Shown piece after piece: positions 24,208 to 34,023 of a DNA stretch of 36,506 nucleotides (the stretch's first letter is position 1; each line of letters begins with the position of its first letter). Under the pieces are notes generated by a model. It saw nothing but the letters and a program-made list of their open reading frames with translations, was not told the DNA's origin and searched no databases. The stretch comes from Pseudomonadota bacterium (lineage in GTDB: Bacteria; Bdellovibrionota; FAC87; UBA2466). The DNA lies in NCBI GenBank assembly GCA_043767805.1, contig JAYUGC010000056.1:1-36506 (forward strand), in the 5' to 3' direction. Position numbers and translations under genes: made by a program.

Positions 24208-24923
24208 TCCCCTTTCTTCTCGCGGCGAGCCTTTGTCTTTCGGGCTGGTCTTGGCGAGATCAGCTAAAGGGCAATGACGGCGCTTCCATCGAGCTAAACC
24301 AAGCCGTCGTTCATACTCCGCCCAAATGGCTCCGCGCGAGCCGGGTTCAAAAAATTGTCGATAAAGTGCAGGCTTTTCTCGAATGGGACATTCGTAAGAT
24401 CCGGGTCTACTTTTATTTCGAGCAAGCCTCGTTCGAGCGGGCGCACGGGCTCGGTCCTTCCGTGCGCGCGGCCGCGAAGCGTGCCGACATGACAGTTCAC
24501 CTGGGCCCCAAAATCACGGATGCCACTTTCGACGACGCCTTCGGCCATGAGCTCGCTCACATCGTCGTCTTTCAAAAGTACAAAGACGCTATTCCCAAGT
24601 GGCTGGATGAGGGGCTTGCGAACTACGTGTCGCGCAAAGAGCCGGTGGATTTCGCCTATCTCGCCTCCCGCCCCCAGCGGGATATTTCCCGCATGGGTCA
24701 CCCTTTCAATTCAGGGGAAGATCCGCGTTACGTCTACCAGGCCTCCACTGCCGTAATGCAGATGATTGCCGAGCGCTGTTCCCTCAAGGATCTTCTCCAG
24801 CTCTCGGTCGGTAAAAGCCTCGAGTCTTATCTCAAGACCTATTGCGAGATAACCGACCTCTCCGGGGACTTCTACGGCTGGGTTAAGAAGAAAGCCTCGA
24901 AAAAAGCTCCGAAGTCGGGTTAG
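24195..24923 (+). CDS. Secreted zincin metallopeptidase (peptidase MA-like)
   Basis: HELAH followed by PKWLDEGLANY; signal peptide. Confidence 0.8.
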   Translation: MPRLIPFLLAASLCLSGWSWRDQLKGNDGASIELNQAVVHTPPKWLRASRVQKIVDKVQAFLEWDIRKIRVYFYFEQASFERAHGLGPSVRAAAKRADMTVHLGPKITDATFDDAFGHELAHIVVFQKYKDAIPKWLDEGLANYVSRKEPVDFAYLASRPQRDISRMGHPFNSGEDPRYVYQASTAVMQMIAERCSLKDLLQLSVGKSLESYLKTYCEITDLSGDFYGWVKKKASKKAPKSG

Positions 24924-24948
24924 ATGGTCAAAATTTCAGGAGGCACAT

Positions 24949-25449
24949 ATGGCTAAAATCACTCTCAAAGGTAACCCGGTCAATACAGTGGGCGACTTGC
25001 CCAAAGTCGGAACGACGGCGCCGAGCTTCAAGCTCGTGAAGAACGATCTCTCCGAGACGACGCTCGCCGCTTATCAGGGCAAGCGCAAAGTAGTGAGCAT
25101 CTTCCCGAGCGTCGACACCGCGACCTGCGCGATGTCGGTCCGCAAGTTCAACGAAAAAGCCGCGAACGCGCCCAATACGGTCGTGATCAACATCTCCGCG
25201 GATCTTCCCTTCGCCCAAAAGCGCTTCTGCGCGGCCGAAGGCATCAAGAACGTCGATACCCTTTCGTCTTTCCGTAACCCGTCGTTTGCCAAGGACTGGA
25301 ACGTTTTGATGACGGACGGACCGCTCGCCGGGCTTCTCTCTCGCGCGATTGTGGTTCTCGACGAGAACGACAAGGTGGTTTACACGGAACAGGTTTCCGA
25401 AATCGCCAACGAGCCCGACTACGACAAGGCGCTCAAGTCCATTCTGTAA
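24949..25449 (+). CDS. tpx: Thiol peroxidase
   Basis: FPSVDTATC, ISADLPFAQKRFC, GPLAGLLSRA, EPDYDKAL; AGGAGG SD. Confidence 0.97.
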   Translation: MAKITLKGNPVNTVGDLPKVGTTAPSFKLVKNDLSETTLAAYQGKRKVVSIFPSVDTATCAMSVRKFNEKAANAPNTVVINISADLPFAQKRFCAAEGIKNVDTLSSFRNPSFAKDWNVLMTDGPLAGLLSRAIVVLDENDKVVYTEQVSEIANEPDYDKALKSIL

Positions 25450-25462
25450 TTTAGAGGTCTCT

Positions 25463-25499
25463 AAAGAGGCGGGAGCTCTCAAAGGGCTTCCGCCTCTTT
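25463..25499. terminator. Hairpin terminator between convergent genes
   Basis: aaagaggcgggagctct-caa-agggcttccgcctcttt. Confidence 0.75.
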
Positions 25500-27092
25500 C
25501 TATTTCCGGTCTTCGAGCACCGCCATGGCCGCGTTCCGGCCATTCACGCCGATGACGCTGCCGCCGGGATGAGTGCCCGCGCCGCAGAGATAGAAACCCT
25601 TCATGGGAGTGCGCGCGGAGAGCCGCTTTTCCCACATATTGTCGGGCAAGCACTCGCCCTGGAAGATATGCCCGCCCGTGAGGCCGACTTTTTTCTCGAT
25701 ATCGGGCGGCCCCATGACTAGCCGGTGCAAGACCGCTTCGGGAAAGTTCGAGACGTAGTCTTGAATCGAGCTCATGACGACGTCGCCGACTTCTTCCCGG
25801 CGGTCTTCCCAAGTTCCATTCACGAACTTGTGAGGCACGTACTGAGCAAAGACACTCATCGTATGGAGCCCGTCCGGGGCAACGCTCGGATCGTAAGCGG
25901 TGTGAAAGTACTGCTCGGTCCAAACGCGAGTCGGCATTTTACCCGATCGCGCGAGACGATGACTCTCATGCCATTCTCTTTTAGTGAGCGGCGTATTGAT
26001 CTGCCCGCGGTGATGAGGCGCGGGAGTTCCCGGGCGGCATCGGTAGTCGGGTAGGGCGGTAAGGGCGAGGCTCAGCTTCACCGTGCAGCCTTCGGTGCGA
26101 ATCGCCCCAACTTTATCGCTCCAGTTCCCATCGGCTTCAAGTCCCACCAGACGAAGCGCCACTTTCGGATCGGCGTTGCAGATGACATTCGGCGCGAAGA
26201 TTTTATCGCCGCTTTCGAGAAGAACGCCTTCGCCGGGAATCACTTTCGAAACTCTCGTATCGGTCGCGACGACCGCGCCTGCTTCGCGAGCGATGTCGCA
26301 AAGTAAGAAGGAGAGCATTCCCATGCCGCCTTCGACGTAACCCCAAGTACCGGGCTGGCCGTCCATGCGTCCGCTGCCGTGGTGAAAGTAAATGTAAGCG
26401 GTACCCGGATCGTGCGGGCTCGCGTTGGTGCCGATGACGCCTTGGCCGAGGTAGGCCATCTGCATGCGCTCGTCTTTGAAAAACTTTTCGACCAGGTCGA
26501 CCATGGACCATTCAAAAAGAAAGTCCGCGGCGTCGGGAATATGAGCGACTTTTCCTTTGATTTCCTCGGCGGTGGGAGACGTGCCGAGCCAGATGTCGGC
26601 GTCCGAATCGGGACGAAGGGCGTCCCGCATCTCGGCTTTCATCGCCCCAAGGGCGCGCCAGCCATTGAGGTCGCCGGGAGCGAAGCGGGCGATTTCGGCC
26701 TCGCATTTAGCGTCGTCATTCCAAAGCTGAATGCTCGAGCCATCCGGAAACGGCACGAACATCCCCGCCTCGGCGGGGCTCCAGCGAAAACCGTGCTCTT
26801 TTAATTTCAGCTCGTTCAACACTTTGGAGTGAAGAAGGCCGACGACATAAGCACAGGGCGAGAATTTGAGTCCCGGCCAGGTTTCTTCGAGAGTGCAAGC
26901 GCCACCGACCTGAGGTCGAGACTCCAGAACTAAAGTTTTCATTCCGCCGCGCGCGAGATAAGCCGCGCACGTCAGCCCATTGTGGCCGGCGCCGACGACG
27001 ATGGCGTCCCAGCGTTCTTGCTTTAGCCGCGAGAGCGGCATGGGCAAGCCGATTTTACCGAGGACCTGAGCGGTGGGAGAGGTGGGCTTCAT
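25500..27092 (-). CDS. FAD-dependent oxidoreductase, phytoene desaturase-like (PYROXD2-type)
   Basis: VGAGHNGLTCAAYLA, GGACTLEE, WGYVEGGMG, GLTGGHIFQGE, YLCGAGTHPGGSV.G.NGRNAA. Confidence 0.9.
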   Translation of the reverse strand: MKPTSPTAQVLGKIGLPMPLSRLKQERWDAIVVGAGHNGLTCAAYLARGGMKTLVLESRPQVGGACTLEETWPGLKFSPCAYVVGLLHSKVLNELKLKEHGFRWSPAEAGMFVPFPDGSSIQLWNDDAKCEAEIARFAPGDLNGWRALGAMKAEMRDALRPDSDADIWLGTSPTAEEIKGKVAHIPDAADFLFEWSMVDLVEKFFKDERMQMAYLGQGVIGTNASPHDPGTAYIYFHHGSGRMDGQPGTWGYVEGGMGMLSFLLCDIAREAGAVVATDTRVSKVIPGEGVLLESGDKIFAPNVICNADPKVALRLVGLEADGNWSDKVGAIRTEGCTVKLSLALTALPDYRCRPGTPAPHHRGQINTPLTKREWHESHRLARSGKMPTRVWTEQYFHTAYDPSVAPDGLHTMSVFAQYVPHKFVNGTWEDRREEVGDVVMSSIQDYVSNFPEAVLHRLVMGPPDIEKKVGLTGGHIFQGECLPDNMWEKRLSARTPMKGFYLCGAGTHPGGSVIGVNGRNAAMAVLEDRK

Positions 27093-27094
27093 AG

Positions 27095-28645
27095 CTACCA
27101 ATCAGTATGTGAGTAATCTTTGAGGAACTTGCCCCAAATGGGCTCACCGGTGATGACGCAATGGAAAATCGGGTCGACGATCCGTGCCGCTCCGTCGACG
27201 ATGTCGAGAGGCGGCTGAAAATCATGCTCCGCTTGCTTGCGAAGGCTCAGCTCTTTGGGATCTTCGTCGGTGACCCAACCCGTATCGACGGCGTTCATGT
27301 AGATGCCGTCTTTAGCGTAATCCGGCGCCGAGGTGAGAGTCATCATGTTGAGAGCGGCCTTCGCCATGTTGGTGTGCGGGTGCTTGTCCGTCTTCGTATA
27401 ACGCGTGAACTTACCCTCCATCGCGGAAACGTTGACGACATGCTTGTCCTTCTCGGGGGATTTCAGCATCAGCGGCTTCAACTTGCTGCAAAGAATGAAC
27501 GGCGCGATGGAGTTGACGAGCTGCACTTCGAGCATCTCGGCGGCGGGAACATCGGCGAGCTTCAGGCGCCAGCTGTTGACCGAGCGCAAATCCACTTGCT
27601 GCAAATCCGCATCGAGCGCCCCCGTGGGAAAAAGCTCCGTGCCTTCCTCGGGCTCGTAGGCGTAAGGAATTTGAGAGAGGGCCGCGGCGGAATGAATGCC
27701 GATGCCGACGCCCGCGCCTTGCCAAGAGGTTACCCAAGCTCCCTCGACACCAAGCTTGGCGGGAAGCGTGGTCTGATTCGCAAGCTCCGACTTACACTGT
27801 TCGTAACCCGAGAGGAGCGGGGCGATCTCGGCGGACGGAGTCGCATTCTCGAGCTCCATCAAATGAGAGTAGAACCCCGGCGGACGGCGCACGGTCTGCG
27901 CGGCGTTGTTGATGAGAATGTCGAGGCGCGTTTCCGTGCGCAGTAAATAGCGGCAGAAAAGTTCCACACTCGGCGAGTGGCGCAAATCGAGACCGAAAAT
28001 CTGCAGGCGATCTTTCCAGTTCGCGAAATCGTCTTCCTTGCCGAAGCGTTGGGCGCTGTCGTGAGGAAAGCGCGTGCTGATGATGACCTTCGCGCCAGCG
28101 CGAAGCAGCATCAGCGCCGCGTGATAGCCGATCTTCACCCGGGCGCCGGTGAGTAAAGCCACGCGGCCGTGGAGCGGCGCCGTCATGAAGCGCTTCTCGT
28201 AATTGAAGTCGCCGCAACGCGGGCACATGGAATCGTAGAAAAAGTGAATGTCGTGGTAGTCGTTCTTGCAGACGTAGCACGCGAGGGGGTCCTTCATGCG
28301 GCCGCGGAACTTGCGTTGTTCCGCTTCCGCCTGCGACGGGGCCGTGAAAATGCTGGCGAGCCGCGCAGTTCTAATCTCGGATTGAGCTTTTAAGGCGCGG
28401 TCGTGGGCCCGATCTTTTTTCCGGCGGTTCCGCCGGTGGGCCTTGGCGAGCTTCATCATCGCTAACTTATCCGGACGGGAAATTTTGCCGGCCGCCATCA
28501 AAAGGGCTTTGCGGTCGTCGAAAGCCACGTCGCCCAAGACCATGCGATTGCCCAGGATGGTTTCCAGGACTTTCACGCAAGTCTTTACATCTTCAGGGGA
28601 AATTCCCGGGGCGCCCGGTAGTTGAGGGGGTATTTGGCCTTCCAT
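27095..28645 (-). CDS. Extended SDR family oxidoreductase with CxxC...CxxC module
   Basis: CYVC...CPRC, LLTGARVKIG, LDILINNAAQT, VNVSAMEG, HTNMAKAALNM, NAVDTGWV. Confidence 0.9.
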   Translation of the reverse strand: MEGQIPPQLPGAPGISPEDVKTCVKVLETILGNRMVLGDVAFDDRKALLMAAGKISRPDKLAMMKLAKAHRRNRRKKDRAHDRALKAQSEIRTARLASIFTAPSQAEAEQRKFRGRMKDPLACYVCKNDYHDIHFFYDSMCPRCGDFNYEKRFMTAPLHGRVALLTGARVKIGYHAALMLLRAGAKVIISTRFPHDSAQRFGKEDDFANWKDRLQIFGLDLRHSPSVELFCRYLLRTETRLDILINNAAQTVRRPPGFYSHLMELENATPSAEIAPLLSGYEQCKSELANQTTLPAKLGVEGAWVTSWQGAGVGIGIHSAAALSQIPYAYEPEEGTELFPTGALDADLQQVDLRSVNSWRLKLADVPAAEMLEVQLVNSIAPFILCSKLKPLMLKSPEKDKHVVNVSAMEGKFTRYTKTDKHPHTNMAKAALNMMTLTSAPDYAKDGIYMNAVDTGWVTDEDPKELSLRKQAEHDFQPPLDIVDGAARIVDPIFHCVITGEPIWGKFLKDYSHTDW

Positions 28646-28737
28646 GAGGGCCCAACCTACCTCATAAGTCCTCCTGAGAAAAAGAGCTAAGAAAGGCTCG
28701 CCAATTCCGAGGCCACCGCCGTAAATTAGGGCACCGG

Positions 28738-30357
28738 ATGCCTGAGCCTGTTTTCATCTCCGTCATAGTACCGACGTTCAATCGGGCTCATTTTCTTCCC
28801 GCCTGCCTGAACAGCCTGCTCGCGGAGGGTATCCCCAATCTCGAGATTCTAGTCATCGATGACGGCTCCAAAGACGGCACGCTGGAGCTGCTGAAGTCTT
28901 TCCCGGTCAAAGCTATTTCGCTGCCGAAGAACCGGGGACCGGGAGCCGCGAGAAACGCGGGCCTACGCGAGGCGCAGGGGAAGTACATTTGCTTCCTAGA
29001 TAGCGACGATGCGATCGCCCCTGGCGGTTTGCAGTGGAGAGGCAACTGGCTCGAGGCGCACCCCGAAGAACCAGCCGTCATGGGTTCCATGGAGCTCATC
29101 TTGGATGACCGAGGCGAAGTGCTCGCCGCGTTTCCGGGGATCTTAAGAAATTTTCACAGCACGCCTTATCTCTATCGCTGGAAAGAGATGTTCGAGACCC
29201 GGCTCCAGCTCACTTCTCCGATGAGTGGCTGCATGCTCCGAAGCGAGACGGTGAAGCGCATCGGTTTTTTCGATGAAGTGGTCAGAGGTCCTGAGGATTT
29301 GGATTATTTCTATCGCCTCTTGCAGCAGACCGATCTGCGCTACTTCCCAGTTCCGACGTTTCGTTACCGTCTGCACGACACGAATCTTTCCATCTTCTAC
29401 CGAAATGGCAACGTGACCTCTCCTTTGAGAATCGAGATCGAGCGGCGGCTCGTGGAGATTTCGCACGGGCTACCCGGCGAGTGGCCCGATGCGCAGAGAT
29501 GGCATCTCCCGGACATCGTGGTTCCCATCTTCAATGCCTTCGACGAGGTTAAGGCCTGTCTGGAGTCGGTGCTAAAACATACGCCGGAGTTCCGGCGTCT
29601 CATTCTCGTTGACGACTGCAGTACCGATCCGCGCATCCCCGAGCTGCTCGAGCACCTTCGTAAAAGCGACACGCGCGTCGTGTGCCTTCGCACGGAGAGT
29701 AACCGGGGCTTCGTGGAGACGGCGAACCAGGGACTTAGGTATTCGACGACCGATGTGGTCTTACTCAATTCCGATACCTTAGTGGGTAAGAACTGGCTGA
29801 ACCGGCTTTGCGCCTGCCTTCATAGCAAGAAGACGGTCGGCATCGTGACTCCCGTGTCCAATTGCGGCTGGATCGTCTCCATTCCCAATATCGAAGTGGA
29901 TAACCCGCTTCCCGAGGGATGGGCGTTCGAGGCTTTCGCCGAGAGAGTCGCTCTCATCTCCAACCGCGAGTACCCCAAGCTTCCCACCGCGGTTGGCTTT
30001 TGCATGCTCATCTCCCGCAAAGTGATCGAAAGCGTTGGCTTTTTCGATCGAGCTTTCGTGGATGGGTACGGAGAAGAAGTTGATTTCTCCTACCGCGCCC
30101 GGGAAAAAGGGTTCGAGGTGGCTTGCGCCGACGATGTTTTCATCTACCACGCCGGTTCGGCGTCCTACGGACGGGGCCGAAGGCGCGAGTTCCTGAGAGA
30201 GCGCGGAAATCTGCTTCTCGAGCGCTTCTGGCCCGGGCATTTGCAGGAAGTCAGCCGATTCGTCAAAAGTAACCCGTATGCCACGCTCCTGAACCGCCTC
30301 AAAACCTGGCCAATCTCCGGCGCCCCTGGACTCGGAGCGGAGACGCCCTTAAGCTAG
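28738..30357 (+). CDS. Two-domain GT2 glycosyltransferase
   Basis: Domain 1: SVIVPTFN, IDDGSKD, FLDSDD, ED. Domain 2: DIVVPIFN, VDDCSTD, LLNSD, VGFCMLI, YGEEVDFS. Confidence 0.92.
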   Translation: MPEPVFISVIVPTFNRAHFLPACLNSLLAEGIPNLEILVIDDGSKDGTLELLKSFPVKAISLPKNRGPGAARNAGLREAQGKYICFLDSDDAIAPGGLQWRGNWLEAHPEEPAVMGSMELILDDRGEVLAAFPGILRNFHSTPYLYRWKEMFETRLQLTSPMSGCMLRSETVKRIGFFDEVVRGPEDLDYFYRLLQQTDLRYFPVPTFRYRLHDTNLSIFYRNGNVTSPLRIEIERRLVEISHGLPGEWPDAQRWHLPDIVVPIFNAFDEVKACLESVLKHTPEFRRLILVDDCSTDPRIPELLEHLRKSDTRVVCLRTESNRGFVETANQGLRYSTTDVVLLNSDTLVGKNWLNRLCACLHSKKTVGIVTPVSNCGWIVSIPNIEVDNPLPEGWAFEAFAERVALISNREYPKLPTAVGFCMLISRKVIESVGFFDRAFVDGYGEEVDFSYRAREKGFEVACADDVFIYHAGSASYGRGRRREFLRERGNLLLERFWPGHLQEVSRFVKSNPYATLLNRLKTWPISGAPGLGAETPLS

Positions 30358-30362
30358 GGCAC

Positions 30363-31178
30363 ATGGCTAACACCACTGGATACCTGCACGGCTACTCGAC
30401 CGACGAACAAGACCGCCTTTACCGGCAAGCCCGGTTCCTGGAGCCCCAGGTTTACGCCGACATCGATTTTTCAAAAGAGAAGAAGATCGTCGAGGTCGGC
30501 TGCGGCGTCGGAGCCCAGACCGAGATTCTCCTCGAAAAGTTTCCGCATCTAAAAATCTCCGGACTCGACTACTCCCGCGAGCAACTACTCCGTGCCGAGC
30601 AGCGGCTGAAAGCCGCCGTCGCCGATGGGCGCGTCAACCTCACGCAAGGCGACGCCAAGAAACTTCCGTACGCCGACAGTTCCTTCGACGGCGCCTTCAT
30701 TTGTTGGTTCCTGGAGCACGTCGAGTCACCCCAAGCGGTTTTGGAAGAAGTCGCCCGCGTCTTGCAGCCAGGCGGAACGATTTATTGCAGCGAAGTCTTA
30801 AACGCGACTTTCTATCTTCACCCGTATAGCCCCGCGACCCAGCAGTACTGGTTTCACTTCAACGATCACCAATGGAATCTTAAGGGAGATCCGTTCGTGG
30901 GGGCGAAGCTGGGCAATCTGCTGCTCGCGACGGGCTTTCAAAACATCAAGACGACGGTGAAGAGCTTCCATTACGACAACCGCATGCCCAAGATGCGGGC
31001 CTCCATGGTCGAGGAGTGGACGAACTTGCTGTCGAGTGGAGCGCCGCAAATCATTCAAAGCGGGCGCGTGACGGCGGAGTTAGTCGACGAAATGAAGCGC
31101 GAGCTCGCCAAATTAAAGAACGACCCGGACGCGGTCTTCTTCTATTCGTTCATTCAGGCTAAAGCGGAGGTCTATTAG
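30363..31178 (+). CDS. Class I SAM-dependent methyltransferase
   Basis: YLHGYS..EQDRL, VEVGCGVG, GDAKKLPYADSSFD, RVLQPGG. Confidence 0.92.
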   Translation: MANTTGYLHGYSTDEQDRLYRQARFLEPQVYADIDFSKEKKIVEVGCGVGAQTEILLEKFPHLKISGLDYSREQLLRAEQRLKAAVADGRVNLTQGDAKKLPYADSSFDGAFICWFLEHVESPQAVLEEVARVLQPGGTIYCSEVLNATFYLHPYSPATQQYWFHFNDHQWNLKGDPFVGAKLGNLLLATGFQNIKTTVKSFHYDNRMPKMRASMVEEWTNLLSSGAPQIIQSGRVTAELVDEMKRELAKLKNDPDAVFFYSFIQAKAEVY

Positions 31179-31627
31179 CCGACCGGCTCGGTGACGACTT
31201 CGAAGTTCACCGAGCTTGCGATAAAGCAATTGCGGTGTGCTTTTTCGTGAAGCTCGACGAGCTTTTCAGGCGTTACCGGCGTCGAAGCCGCGAAGGTGAC
31301 CTTCGGGCGAAGCATAGTTTTAGTCACCGCGGCCTTTCCGGCGGCGTTCTTACCTAGAATCGCTACCGCGTTGTCCTCGTAAGCATCCACCGTCAGCCGG
31401 CTTTTCGCGGCAATCGCTAAAAAGGTGAGCATGTGACAGCTACTGAGAGCGCCGGCAAGGAGCTCCTCGGGGTTGACGTGTTCCGGTTTCCCGAGGAACT
31501 CCTTGGCGGCCGATCCTTTGATAGTCACGCCGCCTTCGAAAGCCACGGTGTGGGTGCGATCGTAGGTGTCGTACGCGAAGTCAGACGTTTGCCGCTTCCA
31601 CTTAACGCTAGCTTTGTGCTCGGACAT
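31175..31627 (-). CDS. OsmC family protein
   Basis: NPEELLAGALSSCHMLTFL and AHRNCFIASSV (two conserved Cys). Confidence 0.93.
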   Translation of the reverse strand: MSEHKASVKWKRQTSDFAYDTYDRTHTVAFEGGVTIKGSAAKEFLGKPEHVNPEELLAGALSSCHMLTFLAIAAKSRLTVDAYEDNAVAILGKNAAGKAAVTKTMLRPKVTFAASTPVTPEKLVELHEKAHRNCFIASSVNFEVVTEPVG

Positions 31628-31644
31628 GACGACTTCTTTCTCTA

Positions 31645-34023
31645 TTACGCTGCCGCGGTCGGCGACGGAGGAGGAGTTCCCAAAGTGGGAGTATTCCAGT
31701 TCACGTCGATATCGAGCGCGATTTTTAACACTTGGGTGACGTCGTCCACGAACTCGATCTTCATGGCGCTCTTCACGTCATCTGGTACGTCGCGCAGGTC
31801 TTTCTTATTGCGCGAGCACAGTATGAGTTTCTCGATGCCTGCCCGATGAGCCGCGATGACTTTCTCTTTGATACCGCCGACCGGCATGACCGTCCCGCGG
31901 AGCGAAATCTCACCCGTCATGGCGAGCTTCGGATCCACGCTGCGGCCGGAGAAGAGCGACGCCACGGAGGTGAACATCGTCACGCCAGCCGAGGGGCCGT
32001 CCTTCGGAATGGCACCCGCGGGTACGTGCACGTGGATGTCTTTCTTCTCGAAGTCGAACCCAGGGAAGATCGAGCTTAGTTTCGAGCGCACCAAAGAGAG
32101 CGCGATTTGCGCCGACTCTTTCATGACCTCACCGAGCTGACCCGTGATGATGAGCTTCCCGGAGCCTTGCATCGCGGTGGTCTCGATGAAGAGAATCTCA
32201 CCGCCTTGAGGCGTCCAAGCGAGCCCGGTCACCACGCCCGAGGGCGCGAGCCGTTCGGCGACTTCATGGGTGTACTTTTCAGGTCCGAGCATCTCTTCGA
32301 GCTCGTTCACTTCGACCCGAATCGGAAACGCGGTGGCTTTCACGATCTTTTCGCTCGAGCCGCGGCAAATCGCCGCAAGCCGTCGCTGAAGATCGCGGGC
32401 GCCCGCTTCCCGGGTGTAGTGCGAGATGACCCGAAGCAAAGCTTCATCCGAGATGGTGAGCTTCGTCTCGTCCATGCCGTGCTCCTCTAACACCTTGGGC
32501 AACAAGTGCCGTTTGGCGATGTGGAGCTTTTCAGCCGTCGTGTAGCCCGACAACTCGATCACTTCCATGCGATCCAGCAAAGGAGCCGGAATCGTCTCTA
32601 AAGTGTTCGCCGTCGCGATGAACACGCACTGAGATAGATCGAAGGGCACGTCCAGGTAGTGATCCAAGAAGTTCGTGTTCTGCTCGGGGTCCAAGACCTC
32701 GAGTAGGGCACTAGCCGGATCGCCTTGGAAGCTGCGTGAGAGCTTATCGATCTCGTCCATCATGAGAACGGGATTTTTCTCGCCGCCACGCTTGATGCCT
32801 TGAACGATACGCCCGGGCATTGCTCCTACGTAGGTGCGCCGATGGCCGCGGATTTCAGCGTCATCTCTGACGCCGCCGAGACTCACGCGAACGAACTTAC
32901 GCCCGAGAGCTTTGGCCACGCTCTGCCCGATGCTCGTTTTACCGACCCCAGGAGGGCCGACGAGCAGCAAGATGGAGCCTTTGCCGCCTGGTTTGAGTTT
33001 CATGACGGCAAGATGCTGCAGGATGCGCTTCTTGATGTCTTGAAGCCCGTAGTGATCTTTTTCGAGCTGCGCACGAGCGGCATCGAGATCGATGTCCTGA
33101 CTAGCGGCCTTGTTCCAAGGCATCGCCACGAGCAGATCGAGATAGTTGCGAATGATGTGCGCTTCCGGAGAACCGCTGCCGATAGTCTTTAAGCGCTTGA
33201 ACTCGTGGAGCGCCGCCTTTTTGACCTCGTCGGGCATTCCGGCTTCGGCGATTTTCTTCTCGTAGTTATCGCCGGTGGGAGAATCCTCGCCTTCACCGAG
33301 CTCTTCCTGGATAGCCTTCATCTGCTCGCGCAAGATCGCGTCCCGCTGCATCTTGTCCATGCGGTTCGAGAGCTTCGAGCGGATCTCGCTTTGCACCTGG
33401 AGATTTTCCTTCTGGGACTGCATGAGTCCGAGAAGTTGGAGCACACGGGCTTTGACGCCGATGGTTTCCAAAATCTCCTGCTTCTTATCGAGCGGGATCT
33501 CGAGGTTCGCCGCGCAGAGGTGCGAGAGAAACGCCAAGTCCTCGATGCCGTCGACTACCTGACTCAGCTGTTCGGTGTTAGCCGGCAGCAAGTCGAGGAT
33601 CTCTTTGGCCAGGGACTTCAGGCTATCGAGAAGGGCTTTCTTAGTGCCCTCATCCATATCCGCCTGGTCCGGCCAGAGATCGGCTTCGGCTTCGATGCGT
33701 CCCTCTTTGTCGGTGAACTCGCTTATCCGAAAACGAGCGACGCCGCGGACGAGGACTTGGAATCCGTCGTTCGCGTTACCGCGCACTTTCTCGATATGGC
33801 AGAGCGTGCCAACGTGAAAAAGATCCTTGGAGGTGGGATCTTTGCTTCCTTTATCGTTCTTTTGGGTGACGGTAAGAATCCAGCCTTCGCCCTGAATGGC
33901 CTTCTCCATGGCGGCAACACTTCCGGGCCGGCCCACCCTTAAAGGTAGAGCCGTGCCGGGGAATATCACCGTGTTTCGGATGGGAAGGACTGGAAAGAGC
34001 CCGTATGTGGGTTCCTGCTTCAT
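31645..34023 (-). CDS. lon: ATP-dependent Lon protease
   Basis: LPIRNTVIFP N-domain, GPPGVGKTS, HRRTYVGAMPG, DEIDK, PKDGPSAG (Ser), VGGIKEK (Lys). Confidence 0.98.
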   Translation of the reverse strand: MKQEPTYGLFPVLPIRNTVIFPGTALPLRVGRPGSVAAMEKAIQGEGWILTVTQKNDKGSKDPTSKDLFHVGTLCHIEKVRGNANDGFQVLVRGVARFRISEFTDKEGRIEAEADLWPDQADMDEGTKKALLDSLKSLAKEILDLLPANTEQLSQVVDGIEDLAFLSHLCAANLEIPLDKKQEILETIGVKARVLQLLGLMQSQKENLQVQSEIRSKLSNRMDKMQRDAILREQMKAIQEELGEGEDSPTGDNYEKKIAEAGMPDEVKKAALHEFKRLKTIGSGSPEAHIIRNYLDLLVAMPWNKAASQDIDLDAARAQLEKDHYGLQDIKKRILQHLAVMKLKPGGKGSILLLVGPPGVGKTSIGQSVAKALGRKFVRVSLGGVRDDAEIRGHRRTYVGAMPGRIVQGIKRGGEKNPVLMMDEIDKLSRSFQGDPASALLEVLDPEQNTNFLDHYLDVPFDLSQCVFIATANTLETIPAPLLDRMEVIELSGYTTAEKLHIAKRHLLPKVLEEHGMDETKLTISDEALLRVISHYTREAGARDLQRRLAAICRGSSEKIVKATAFPIRVEVNELEEMLGPEKYTHEVAERLAPSGVVTGLAWTPQGGEILFIETTAMQGSGKLIITGQLGEVMKESAQIALSLVRSKLSSIFPGFDFEKKDIHVHVPAGAIPKDGPSAGVTMFTSVASLFSGRSVDPKLAMTGEISLRGTVMPVGGIKEKVIAAHRAGIEKLILCSRNKKDLRDVPDDVKSAMKIEFVDDVTQVLKIALDIDVNWNTPTLGTPPPSPTAAA

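Noticed and set aside
24928..25923. 331-aa minus-strand ORF
   Set aside because: Antisense to tpx and out of frame within the oxidoreductase; Arg-rich composition typical of shadow frames.
25500..31178. SDR, desaturase-like, GT2 and methyltransferase genes as a carotenoid or secondary-metabolite cluster
   Set aside because: No scaffold-forming enzyme (phytoene synthase, PKS, NRPS) is present and the genes lie in two divergent units; adjacency alone is insufficient.
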